Part shown: positions 1 to 13,900 of the stretch, in pieces | How the letters are laid out: each line of letters starts with the position of its first letter | Position numbering within the stretch: position 1 is the stretch's first letter | Source: Auanema rhodensis | Taxonomy: Eukaryota; Animalia; Nematoda | NCBI GenBank assembly: GCA_964057225.1 | Contig: OZ059898.1 | Coordinates: 5,208,001 to 5,272,000, forward strand | Direction: 5' to 3' | Length of the DNA: 64,000 nucleotides | Position numbers and translations under genes: made by a program | The notes under the pieces: generated by a model | Database searches by the model: none | Told to the model about the DNA's origin: nothing | Seen by the model: only the letters and a program-made list of their open reading frames with translations

Positions 1-547
1 AAAATAATCAAATAATGGAAATGTTTTCAGAAATAACAAATAAAAATCCTGACGTGATGAAGAGGGAGTTCAAATAATTCGTTTTAGGTAATAACATATG
101 AATAGAAGATTTTCTTCAATATTGATGAAAAAGGCGGAATAATATTTTCGCCTATAAACAGACGTAAATACAAGCTATATACAAGTATCCATCAGATTGT
201 TGAAGAAAAGCTTAGAAAATATTCTCAAAACGAAAAAAAAACCAGAAAATGATAGACGAAAACAAGAAATAGAAGGAGGATTAAAGTGAAAGACAACAAA
301 TACCGATAAAAAAAGTAAAAAAAAAAGAAATTTTCTTTCTTCGTGTGAATGGATACCAATACGTATTAATCGTAAACCTGAAGCTTGAACTGTTCAAGCT
401 GTAATAAAAAGCTTTTAAAAAGCTATAATGATTATTCGAATACACTCAAATCCGACAACAACGTTGTAGAATGTCGGAGATCTGATGACTAGGATACTAG
501 TTATAACATCAACTCGATATTAAGTACGTGGAATTGGTCCCATAACG

Positions 548-1740
548 TCACGAAATAGATCTGCGTCTGAATTCATGTTCCTCTTGATCTTCATCCCAGC
601 CATTATCCTTTACCATGTGAGCTAATTCAATAATGAATTTGCCTTCCTTGTACTTTTGTGAAGATTCAAATGCATGTTCCTGTGAAAAAAATAACAAAAT
701 TAATAAAAATAAAAGAAATTTAAATAATTTTTCATTTGAATTTCATTAAAGAATATATGTTTGCATAAAAATTTTATATTCCCAAAGGATATCTCAATAC
801 AAATTGTTCTGTAAATTCTCAAATATTGTCATTTATCGTTCAACTTGACGTCTCGATTTCTTCAGTCAAGTTGCTAACAAAAAGTTATAATGAACTTTTT
901 TATATAGAATTTCTAATATATATTATATATATTTAGTTAAATATATTGAATTTATAAGTATTTTTAATAATTACTTACGTATTTCCATCCAAGTGTTGTT
1001 TTACAATTTTCGCAATAAATATCAGCAACGGCATGTAATCCGGTAAGTAATACACGTTCTTCAGCTGGTCCACATCCAATGTTTACACTTAAATTGAAAT
1101 AAATTATATGATATAGTTAATGAATTAAAATATATTTCAGCTTATTTGATTTAAATATATTTTGCATACGTCAAAGATCATTGAGGAAAAGTTCATAATG
1201 CAATAAGAAATATACCAACAACACTTGTTTCAGGCAAAAATTCAATAAAGTTCTTTTTTTTTGCAAAAAAAAAGATAAATGAACAACATAATTTGTAAGT
1301 TTTTTTGTAACATAAAACTTACACAGCATTGAATAGGTAAGCTTTGCCTTGACTGCCTTGAAATGACTAAAATATTTCAGAATTTTTAATTGAAAATGAA
1401 TGGAAGAATTTTTTACTTTTGAAATTAAATCGCTATGACTAGCCAAATTAGCACGACAATGTAGACAACTATAACAACGATCTCCAGCTGGCAAATAATG
1501 CTGAAAATAGAAGAAACAATGAGTTGCTGAAACTCTATTCATTCATAAAGTTCATTTGAAACAAAAAAAATACAATTTTAATGCATCTTAGATTTATCAC
1601 AATCATTTTTTATAAAATTACTAAGTTAAAAATTATATTTTTAATAATTAATTTTATAATATTTAATATCTTACTTGCAGCATTTTATTTTTTGGAGGAG
1701 TAGTCTTATTATCTTTTTGTGATGTCTCAAGGACTTTCAT
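548..1740 (-). CDS. Yippee-like (YPEL) zinc-binding protein, 5 coding exons (1740-1675, 1500-1417, 1366-1323, 1087-979, 679-548)
   Basis: Spliced translation gives [107 protein letters not shown]. This is the YPEL1-4 signature with two CxxC pairs. GT-AG boundaries keep frame. The start Met is uncertain because the first exon has an acceptor at ~1782, so upstream exons or trans-splicing are possible. Confidence 0.93.
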
Positions 1741-4700
1741 TCTGGAAAAAAGACGTGGACGATATTTTGGAGCCAGATCTGCTGTAAAAACATATTATAT
1801 AATATATTTTAATTTTTTTTTTAATTTATACTATATACATATATATATATATATAGTATAAAATTTATAAAATAAAGAGAAAATATAAAAAATAAAATAA
1901 AATTATTGTACACAAGTTTCCAGCTCGTTCATATGATTAACAAGCAATATACATAAGGAAAATATTATATAGTATAGTATAGTATGGTATAGTATGGTAT
2001 AGTATAAGAAAAGTTTATAAAGTAACTAATTTATATAAAATTAATTATAAAAATTGAGAATAAGTTAGATTAATAGATTTATTCAAATGATATATGGCAA
2101 CAACAACGACAATGATAGTCAAAAGAAAGTAGGAGAAAAGGTGCATAGTGTACTGAAAGAAGACGACGACAATTTGTCAAATGACAAACGCATGAGGTTG
2201 TTGATTACTATTAGGAAAAACATGGATTAATTGACATTAAAGATTGAAAAACAGATAGATGTGATAAAGAATACGGAAGACAAAGTGCAATACCAGAAAT
2301 GGCTTTGAGTGATCTTATACTGAACGACATCTGATGAACTATTGACAAGGAAACGACAAAATGACTATCACTTCTCTTCTTCCCAAGAAGGTCATGTTTA
2401 GCTATACTTGGATCATATAGAATTTTCTTTTTAAGACAATTATTGTCCTTTAATTCAGAAAATTTTTCATATATATACGACATTTGGACTTTTCAAGGTT
2501 TTAGATGGAAGATCAGAGAAAGTTTAAAAAAAAATTGTACAGATAAGATTAAAAGACATATTGTTAAGTAGAAAGTACTTTATTTCTTAAAATATTTGTA
2601 TATTTAAATATACTCAAAGGAGTCATTTTTCATTTAAAACTTACTTAAACTTCAAAAAGTTCGTTTTGTAAAAAAAAAGTTTTGTTATAACTTTATAAAA
2701 AAAAATATTTATAATAATAGATATTGTATTCATATTACAAGAATATTTACTAATTATATACTATTTTAAAAGACAAAAATATATATTCACATACTTAACC
2801 AAACAAATGTAAAACAAAAATATGAATATAAGTAAATGTATTCTTTTTTAAAATGACACAAAGTATGAAAAAAGTAAGAACTAGAAAGAAAAGTTGTTGT
2901 GTTGTTGAAAAAAAAAAGTTTTTTCTCAAAGGCAAAAAATGAACTAAAGAGTTTAGAGAGCAACATGAAATCTTAAAGTTTGACAAGAACAATTTTTTTT
3001 TCAAAATAAAATAATCTAAAGAAAAAAATATGAAAAAAGGGCAAATGCGTAAGCTTTTTATGGGAATTTATGCTTTTTGGACACAAATGAGCTTTCTAGA
3101 GTCTAGAAAACGGACAGAAAACGAATTATAGCTTGAAGTTGAGCAGAAAGCTTTTAGGAAAGCGAAGAAGTGTGTCATAGAAAAGAAAGAAAAAAAGAAG
3201 AAATGTTATAACTATTTTCTACAGTACAAGATAGATTTAGATTATAAATATATAGTATGATCATCGTTGTAATATTAATTTCTAATTGAAAAAGTTTGTT
3301 AAGCAGGAAGAGAATAAGACCATGGCAGCCCTTCTAGAAAAGGACTCTGCACGAGGAAAATGGTGCAGAAAAAGGGGAGGAGTTTATAGTTGAAGATGAA
3401 AGACGGAACTAAAGTGTAAGATATATAGAGAGAGAAGAACGACATAGAAAAGGAAGTATGACGAAAACATGTGAGGGACAGCCATAGAGAGAGAGGAAAA
3501 GGGAGTGGACAAGAGAATGCCTAAGGGCATACGCCCTTTGCTTAAATGTCTGACTATGAAAAAAGGTCACATGTGGTAAAAGTGAAAAAAGAAAATGAGC
3601 ATAGACGAGTTGAACGGACAGGCACCATGTATCACATAGAGTAAAAGAGGCAGAAGCATATAGAGAGAGAGTGAAAATTGGGTGTGTAAGATAGGCAGAA
3701 AGAGAGAGAATGAGAGAGACTGAGAGACATAGAGAGAGAGAAAAAAAGAAAGAAAAAAAGATAAAAGTTATCTTACGTGAAAAAATTCGTTTTCAAGAAA
3801 CGAATGTTTAAATGAATTTGTGCTATCATGCAATGAATGAACGTTGATATAACCTTTGGTTTAGATAGTACGAACGTAGGTCAGTCGGATCAAGCTCACA
3901 GCTCGGATGTTGTCGTAAAGCTGGTGAGAAGGATCACATTTAGAAAGATTGAACACAGTTGTGCAGTTGATTGCTAATAGTTAAGATGAGAATGAGGGTA
4001 GTGTGCTCGCTGACATAGACCACGAGAAAAAAAAGAATAATGAATGCATGAAATAAGTGACTGAGAAAGGAAAAAAATGAGAAAAAAAAGTAAAAAATAT
4101 GTTTGAAGATTCTGCATGAAGATGAATTCAAGTTTCATTGCTTTGTTAGAAACTTGAATAAGTGATTATAAATTGAAAATTATGTAGCATTTATGTTAAA
4201 AATAATTTTTGATATATGAAATAGTAGTCATATGTATATGGTTCTGTTTATATACATATGTACATACATACATACATACATACATATAACCATATGTATA
4301 TTTAATGAAATAGAATAAAAAATATTTTTTTTTGTATTAAATGTTGAAAACAAAATTTCTGATCTCTATTATGTATAAGTTCAACTTTCTTTGTTTTAAT
4401 GTTCTATGTATGCATATGCAAGAGCTTTTGCTCTTTCCGCTCAGAAAAAAAATTCTTCTTTGAAATACGAAACATACATGTATATGCATATATCTATATA
4501 GACAACTTATCTTTTGAAAAAGAACTTTTTTTTCTAATGTCATAAGCTCTTATTCAAGTTTCAAGTTGATCTCTCATTTTTAGTTCAACACACCTTAGTT
4601 CATTATGCAAGTGCACAAATAGCACATAAAATGATCAATATTAAGAAAAGACATATATTTTTTTATAAAACAAATAATAAATCAAAATGAAATATTATAT

Positions 4701-7516
4701 AAAAATAAAGATATATAGATATGTAAATCAAGTTGAAAAATTAATCAAAATTATTTGATTTCTTTTTTTTTTCTTTTTTAAAAGAGATATTTCTTTCACA
4801 AAAACAATACATTTCTTTCAATCTTTTTGAATATTTGTCCAAATAATTGTTTTATACTTTGGGAACAGCAAAAGTCTCTTAAAGGGTTTTCAGTTCTCTC
4901 TCTCTCTGTCTTATTCCTTGTGGTATATTCAAATACTCACATAAGACACATATCCTTCACTCTCTATATAGATCGTTGTTTCATTTTAATTTTCAACTTT
5001 TTTTTCTCGTTCTCTCTTTCTCTATCTTTCTCACACACTCTCTCTCTCTCTCTCTTTCTCGCTCTCTCTTTCACTTGTCAATCTTTTTTCCTTTTTCTTT
5101 TTCTTTCTCTTTCATTTACATATTATATACATTCTTTATATCAATCACTTAATCACACATTTTGCTTCATTTTCAATGCTTTGAGCACGAGCTATATCTC
5201 GTGTTAAGCATACTGGCTTAGCACAAAAGTCCTCATTATAGTTTGATGAGGATCTAGTTTGCAAAAACAGTAAAAAGCCCTATCTACTTCATAGCTATCT
5301 ACAATTGTCAGGGCAAATAGCATCTCAACAACACTCAGTACAGAAGAACTTTCATAATATATATATCTATATATGAAAATAGTATATATAGTAAAGAGTA
5401 TATTAGACATAAAGAGAAAAACAAAAACGGATTGGGTTGTACTAAATATGGAAGAAATTTTTTAAAAAAATTAAATAGATAATGGTTTATAAAAGCAATA
5501 AAAAATATTTATAATAATTATATTAATTATATGATTTAACTGACTTATTAAAATAATTTTTTTTTGAAAATATAAATCAAACAGTTAGTTTACAACAAAA
5601 ACTTTTTTCTTTTTAATTGTTTGAATTCTTATGATTTCTATTCTTGAGCAAATGGAGCAAATGCATATTTTTGTTTTTTTCATTAATTGATTGTATATGT
5701 TAGAGCTGCAAAGTAAATAAAATTATATACTATATCCATAAAACTGGATTGAAATAATGCTTGGAAATGGAGGAAAATATTAACTTTCAGCTTGAAAACT
5801 TAAAAGCAATAGATCACTAAGAATGCAATAGCACTTTGATGCATTTCATCAGAATCGTTTTGTTCGGAAAGTACATGTTCACTATTTATCTGTGTTTTTT
5901 AGATTATTATATCAATTATTAAATTATCTATGTAAATATTATAAAGATATATAGAAATTACTTCAAATGATTTATATATATAGCATAAGAAACTAGTTAT
6001 AGATAGAGTTAGCTATATATACATATAGCTAGTTAAGTAATATACATATATTTGTATATAATATATGAAAATAACAAGAAAGGTGGGGAGGATAGTTTGA
6101 TCTTATCATTACCGGAAGAGATGAGAAACCGGGACTAGATATGAACGAAAGCAAGCAAGCAAGGCAAGCAAGCAAGCATGATCAAAGAGAAGAAGATGAA
6201 GCTACAAAGAAGTTGATAGAGACTAAAATCAAGAGGTTATGAATGGGTGGAGAGTGAAAGACGAAAAACTAAATCTTGTTCTATAGTTATACGAAAATTA
6301 CGAATACTAGTTAGTTAGAAATGAGAAAAGTGAGGAGGAGGAAGAAGAAGATTCGAAAGAGTTAACTGAATAAAACGAGAAGAATTTAGTTAAAAGAAAG
6401 AGATAATGATGATGATTCAATTCTAATTTTATAATATTTTCTAGAATTCTTATATATACGTATTAAAGGATTATAAAATTGTTTTATAATTTATAAGTTT
6501 GATTATTAAATAATTTTTTTAATAAAATTAAATATATGGAAGACTCATCATTTCTTTGGTTTATCCTGATTATAATATTATAAAATCTTGATATTGAATT
6601 AAATGATATTGAATAGTATTAATAATAAATATATGTTTCATATAGTATATATAGAAATTTTATATAATATCCAATCTAAAATTTGCAAAATATTACAAAA
6701 TTTAAAAATTCAAAATGTTCTATAGATTTTACAACATAATACATATATACATGTTATGTTTATATCAAGTTAATATAAAGTTGATAGAATGAACTAAAAA
6801 AGGTTCAATTGTTCATTCATGACGTGATGATCATATACTATATGTATACTATATGTATACTATATGTATAAATATAATGATTAGAACAATAATTACATCA
6901 GAAAGCTAAATAGACAACAATTACTTGTTTGAAATATTTTATTTTTCTCCCAAAGTTTTGATCAGATTGAATTTCAATGCTATTTCATTCTATTATTTTC
7001 CCGGCTTTTCGTATCCGAAGCTTAATCTACCTCCGTTATGCCCTATATAGTAGAGAGAAGCTGAATATCTTTTCAGAAAAATGTCAATATTTTATGAAAA
7101 AAAAATTTTTTTCCCTTTTAAAGAAGGAAATGAAACAAATTTCTAATGATATGTAAAATGAATTGGGGTGTATTATGTTTTGGAGAATGTTCAGAAATTA
7201 AGAAGATATTTAGTACAGTTTATCTCAGGAAATGATTGGTAATGGACATCATATGATAGATAACATTGATAAGAAAATAAATTAGATGATTATATAGTTC
7301 AATGATTAAAGTAAATATTTAATAACTTATGTTTGGTAATATTAAATTTTTAAAAAAATGGAAAATTTCAAGTCAATATTAGATGAGAAATGAATATTTT
7401 TGTGAAAAGAAATTTTTTCAACAAAATCAAAAATAAACAATTATTTTGAACTTCTCTTTATCAATGAGAATCAAATACGTGTATTTATATAAGAAATCTA
7501 AATAAACTTAAAGCAT

Positions 7517-7965
7517 TGTGCTTGAGCACTCTATATTCCTAAAAAACCTTAAAAACTCTATCTTTTTCTAATACTTCGTAATTCTTTATAAATCTCTTTT
7601 AACTGATCAATATTCGTGTAAGTTGAACCTAAGGCTCTTTTTACTCATGACTCATAGGCTACTCATCCCCCACGCATATCTCCGCAGAATAAGCATGAGA
7701 TAACGCTTGCTTCTCCTCCCCCTTTTTGTATCTCTGAATTCTCTAAGTTAACATTATATCTTGCCTCTCGCGTTAGTATATAAGCCGAGAGGATTCCTCA
7801 AATTCTCATGTGTCAATAGTGTAAAAGAATTTATTCTTGTTACCGTTGCATAATAAATATTCTCTCCATATTCTCTTCGATCAAGAGCACTACAAAAATC
7901 TACCACTGAACCAACTATGCCACTGCTCCGCTCACCCATTTCTAAGGACACGACGGCGCAAAACA
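7517..7965 (+). repeat. 5' LTR (449 bp, TGT...ACA)
   Basis: Starts TG, ends ...CGCAAAACA immediately before TGG of the PBS. Bases 7517-7948 are repeated at 16226-16657 with no mismatch I could see. Confidence 0.93.
7777..7783 (+). promoter_or_regulatory. LTR TATA box (TATATAA)
   Basis: TATATAAG lies 75 bp upstream of the LTR AATAAA, the usual U3-R arrangement. The second copy is at 16486. Confidence 0.65.
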
Positions 7966-10900
7966 TGGTGCATCAGGCCGAGCCTAGTGAAGCAGCCCGC
8001 GCCGAAGCGTGGATTGGAAAATGCTACCAACTATTGGAAAAGATTCGCGAATCGGACAACAAAAGGAAATCGTTCGTCAACCGAACGGTTAACTATCATT
8101 CTAACCGTGCCTCCAATATGATTGAAATTCGTCTCACGGAAATAAGATCTATCCAAGAGGACACCGAAGCAATCCAAAACTTGATCGAGGAAATGAGAAA
8201 CATAACGGACAACCTAACGGCAGAGGATCAAGAACGCCTAACCGCCAACGAGTGTACTCTCAGAAGACACATCAAATCTCTCACGGACTACAAAATCCAT
8301 ATCGAAGGACAAATCGAGTTTCTTCGCAACTCGAGACAAGATCAGGACCTGAGAGGAACAATTCCTCGTCTACAAACTCCACAACTTGAAGAGTCAATTG
8401 GAGGATTTCCCTCGAACCAGGACACCAACATCAATCAAGGACATCCTATGATAGTCCAAGATAATTACCGCTATCGCCAGACAGTGAAACCAGTTGACAT
8501 TCCAAAGTTTGATGGTAACATCAAGAACTGGACCAATTTCTGGACACTTTTCAACCGGCTTATCCATACCGCCAACATACAGGACATTGAGAAGTTCAAT
8601 TACCTTCGCCAATCACTCACGGGTGAAGCAGCCTCATTGATTTCCTCATTTTCAACTGATGAAGAGTCGTACCACCCAGCGGTAAGCTACCTGAGAAGTG
8701 TCTACGATCACGAAGACAAAATTCTCCGATATCTCATGCTCGATTTCATACAACTGAAAGCGCAATCTCCGAGCAACAAGGACTTATTGCTCCTTATGAG
8801 AAAAATTAATGGGATAGCAAGACAAACTGAAAGGAACAATGAAGCTGCCCTCAATGCACTTGCCATCGTCCTTATTCAACAAAAACTGCCTGGACACATC
8901 CTGCAAGAAGTCTACCGCTCAGGATCCAACTCGAACATGAACTGGAGACAACTAGTGGACAATACCGAAAAATACCTCCAACATGAACAAGAGGTTAAAA
9001 ACATTTCATCGGACCTGCAGACGAAACCGGTTCCAAGAACCATGCATCAATCCTACAACAGACAGAACTTTGTCACCAATAACCGTCCAAAACCGGATAA
9101 CAAAAAACCTTCCGGTAAGCAAACCTCGAACAGCTGCATATTTTGTCAAAAACCACACGCCCCATGGACCTGTGACACTCCAAAGACAAGGAAAGAGAGA
9201 CTGACCATACTGAATCAGGACAAAAGATGCATAAACTGTCTCAGAAAATCTCACGCAACAGAAGCATGCCCAAGCAAGCGCTTATGTTCGAACTGTGGAG
9301 GAAAACATATTGACCTTCTCTGCCTCAAAAAGAAAACGACAAAAGTCAACTTAACGAACAGCTTCCCCATGGAAGACGAGGACGAAGAGGAACACGTTAT
9401 ACAGTTTTCAACTCAAACGAAAACTAACCAATACCACAGCGCATTGTTACCCATTGGACAAATAGAGCTCCTTCATAAGGACAGGACCATATCAATCCCA
9501 GCCCTACTAGACTGTGGATCAGACACTTCATTTATCGACGAGGACCTATCTAAGGAACTGGAACTCCCAATAGTGGAATCCAAAAGAGTCAAAATCAAAA
9601 CATTTGGTAACACAGCATCAATCGAAAGACTCAACAAAGTGGAAACAATGTTCAAAGGACACAATTCCCACATCCTCGCACAACTTTGGACTAAGAAAGT
9701 CCTAACAGGACCTATTTCTACCGTCCGATTCTCTAAACCGACCAACACGTGCTACAAGCTGAACAAAAATATGAAGATAACTCCAAGAATCCTCATAGGA
9801 TCTGACCTCATGTGGCAAGCATTAATCTCAGTCGAACCATTATCCAAGGAACACATGGTAGTACACACCCAGTTCGGAGACTTTATTACCGGCCAAGCCA
9901 CAAACCAGAAGTCGTTGAATGCTCACTCAGTAATATCGGAAGACTTATCCATTTCAATTCCAATATGGAACAAAAGCTTTGTAGAAGAACAAAGCGAATT
10001 CACCGGAACAGAAGCTGAGGAAAAAACCGCCAGAGACAAACTAATTCTGGATCAATTCAAGGAAACAATCCAACAAAAAGAAGATGGTTACTACGTATCA
10101 TTCCCATGGAAAGACAACGCCCATCTACTCCCCGACAACAAAGTTTTAGCACTCAAAAGACTCACCAGTCTTGTACTAAAACTATCCCAACAACCAACAT
10201 TACTCGAAGGATACAACAAAATAATTGAAGAACAGTTGGACCTAGGAATAATCGAAGAAGCTAAGGACCCTTATCCCAACGCATACAGGATCCATTACAT
10301 AGCTCACCAAGCAGTAGTAACTCCTCAGAAAGAGACTACTAAAATCAGGATTGTCTACGATGCTTCTGGACATTATCAAAACAAGCCTAGCTTGAACGAC
10401 GTCATACACCAAGGACCACTAATCTTACCATCACTAATTGGAATGATTCTAAGATTTAGATGTGGAAACACAGCTATGATAGCGGACGTACAAAAAGCCT
10501 TCTTACAAATTCGACTCCATGAGTCAGAAAGAGATGCTACTCGTTTCTTTTGGCTCAGAGATATTCATCAACCACTAAGCACGGACAACACCAGAACTCT
10601 ACGATTCTGCCGAGTACCATTTGGCATCAATGCATCACCATTCCTTCTCGGAGCCACCATACGACACCACCTACAGAAGAAAAGCTCAGAAAGTCTTTTA
10701 GCACATAAAATCAAAGACAATCTTTATGTGGACAACTTACTCCTTGCCTCTGACTCAGCAGACCAAGTCAGAATGTGGTATTCCGAAACAAAGGATATAT
10801 TCCAGGAAATGAATATGAAACTCCAAGAGTTCATATCCAACGATCAGATATTCAATTCAAATCTGACTCCTGAAGAACGGAATGCCTCCACAACACCTAA

Positions 10901-13900
10901 AATATTAGGACTTCCCTGGGACACATTATCAGACCAATGGATAATTCAAGCTCAAATCCCGGAAACCAAGCTAACAAAGAGAGGAGTCACACAAGCTATC
11001 GCATCCATCTTCGATCCAATGGGTATGATCTGCCCAAGTTTACACCCACTACGAATCTTCCTTCAAAATCTATGGACAGAAAGTTTCGATTGGGACACTA
11101 CACTACCAATGGAAATCCAAACCAGATGGAAACAATTATGCGAAAATTTTCACATCAACATAAGGATCCCCCGTCCCCTACCATCGGATACCAATGGACA
11201 ATACCATCTGGTAACATGTACCGATTCTAGCGGCAATGCATTAGGATTCTGCTGCTACTTAATCGCAGCATCAACACGACAATTAGCCTTAATATTCGCA
11301 AAATCTAAATTGCATTCCAAAAACTCAACAATAACAATTCCAAAGGCTGAAATCTCGGCACTAACGATTGGAGTTTTTAACACGCTAAAAATCGTGAAGG
11401 AAATACAGGACAACATCAAGATTCTAACAGCTACATTCCTCTCCGACTCAGAAATAACACTTGCTTGGATTCGCAAAAAACCAGACCAAAAAACGACAGG
11501 AGTTTTAGTACAGAACCGAATCAAGGAAATTTCTAATCACATTGAAGAGCTCGAAGATCTGGACATAAAAACTTCATTTGGATACATCCACACCAAAGAC
11601 AACCCAGCGGACCTAGCCACAAGAGGCTGCACAACTGAAGAACTTGAGGATCACTTTTGGTGGAACCCAAAAGCACAGCTAGAAAAAGCTTTAAACGGAC
11701 CTCTGTTTTCACTCTGTGACGAAGAAATACGGATACACGCAGCCACTACAGAAACAAGCGATGAAGAACCTTGGATATCAGACTGCTCATCCTGGATTGA
11801 AGCTCAACAAAAATGGATATCCGTACACTACCCACTCACAACAACTCATACGCCTTCCATGTATGAAGAAGCAGAAACCAATCTTCTTCACCTTCATCAA
11901 AACAATTTAATGGTCAGGCTATCAGCAGCCCAAAGGAACGATTTGCGACCTTTACTTAGAAACCATTTATGGTATAGTAGAGGACGTATGAACAATGCTG
12001 AACTCGAAGAGAGTGCAAAACTACCGATTATAATCTTACCTAAAACAAAAACGGCAAGATTATTAATCGAACATGTTCACGGACAACTCCACAAGAACAC
12101 AGCACACACAATGGCTGATATTCGCCAAAAATACTGGATACCGCAACTTCGCTCACAAACTCAATCCGTAATAAGGAAATGCCCTGATTGTCAAAAGATG
12201 AACAATCGGCCATACATCTACCCACCTTCAGGAGATGTACCAAGCAGACGTATAAGGAAAAGTCGCCCATTTCAACACGTTGGACTAGACTACTTCGGAC
12301 CCATAACAACACAGGACCGAAACCAGAAAGCTTGGGGCTGCATCTACACCTGTACCGTCACAAGACTCATTCACTTGGAAGTGATTGAAGATTTAACTAC
12401 TAAATCTTTCTTGAGTTGCTTGAGAAAAATTTGGGCCAGACGAGGATGCCCAGAAAGCATCACATGTGACAATGCATCTACCTTCGAGCTAGGACAGAAA
12501 ATCGCCAACAAGCTCATCGTAACAGCCACTACTAACACTTCCGAGAATCAGCATCGAATCAAATGGTACAACATAACTCCATACGCCCCATGGCAAGGAG
12601 GATTTTATGAACGACTCATAAGATCAGTAAAAAATGCCTTATACAAAACACTTCACGGCACACCATCAACAGAAGAATTGTCAATCACATTGGCAGAATG
12701 TGAAGCGACAATCAACACACGACCACTAACCTATATTGGATCAGACACGACGAGAGACGAAATCATTCGACCATGCGACTTCATCCATAAGGACATAGAT
12801 CTGAACATCTACATTGAATCTGAAGATGAAGATTCAGAATACATCGACAATCCAGCTCTTCAAACACAAGCAGATACGGAACTAGCCTTACACTCTTCCC
12901 GTAAACGGACAAACAAATTTTGGGAACTATGGTCTGAACTCTACCTCAAAGAACTCCGAGAGTCTCATCACCACACAATATCCGTGAAGAAAGCAGGCAC
13001 CAACACAAAACCAGAAATTGGACAAATCGTTTTGATCAACGATAGCCCAATTCCTAGACACAAATGGCCAACAGGACGAATTACGAATATTCACCCCGAC
13101 TCAGCGGGTAATATAAGGGAAGTCACACTTCTATCAGAGAATGGAAGAGAATTGAAAAGACCAGTCAACTTACTACACCCAATGGAACTATCCACGGACA
13201 ATATTCCACAAACTCTTCAGAAATTGGAAACTATAAGCCCCGCAGTCACTCAACGACAACAAAATCCTCGCAATCTTGAAAGAAAATGGTACGGAGAAAC
13301 TGCATCAATACTCACTCTTCTAACAATATTCACTATATTCCTACCTACAACAATGGCCAATCCAACTATCTCCTGCAATCCAAAGGGAGTCTTGATACAA
13401 GGAATGAACACGGATAATCAACAAGTATGCTCACACAACACTTGTTACAACAGTAGTGAAGGAGGATTGATAACTCTTCCTCTTGAGGACATCCTATCAG
13501 ACTACGAAGTAACTTGGACCTTTAATCACAACTCCAGACTACAATACATGACATTAAACTGTCCAGCAGTTCATTTTTGCTCTACAGTGTCATGCACGTT
13601 CTGCTCAGCCACATTATTTAACCCATCTTGCTGGCCCTGGACCTCTATGTTACTATTCAGCTTCATAACCTACATAATCACAGCCATTTGCTACGGACTA
13701 TTGCATTCACCATGGGTCATTGGAAAAGCCATCAGACTTTGGACCAACTTCATATACGCAATATGCACATCGTTATTCGGACAGCTATACATCCGGACAA
13801 ATAGATTTAACAAGAAAACAGTTATCCCATTAATAACGCTTCTGTTAATTCACCAATCAATGGCTTGCCAAGAACTTAGTATGAGCACTTCCCAAGAATC

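Noticed and set aside
9501-9536. Protease active site DCG rather than DSG/DTG as an inactivating change
   Set aside because: The catalytic Asp and Gly are retained and DCG variants occur in retroelement proteases.
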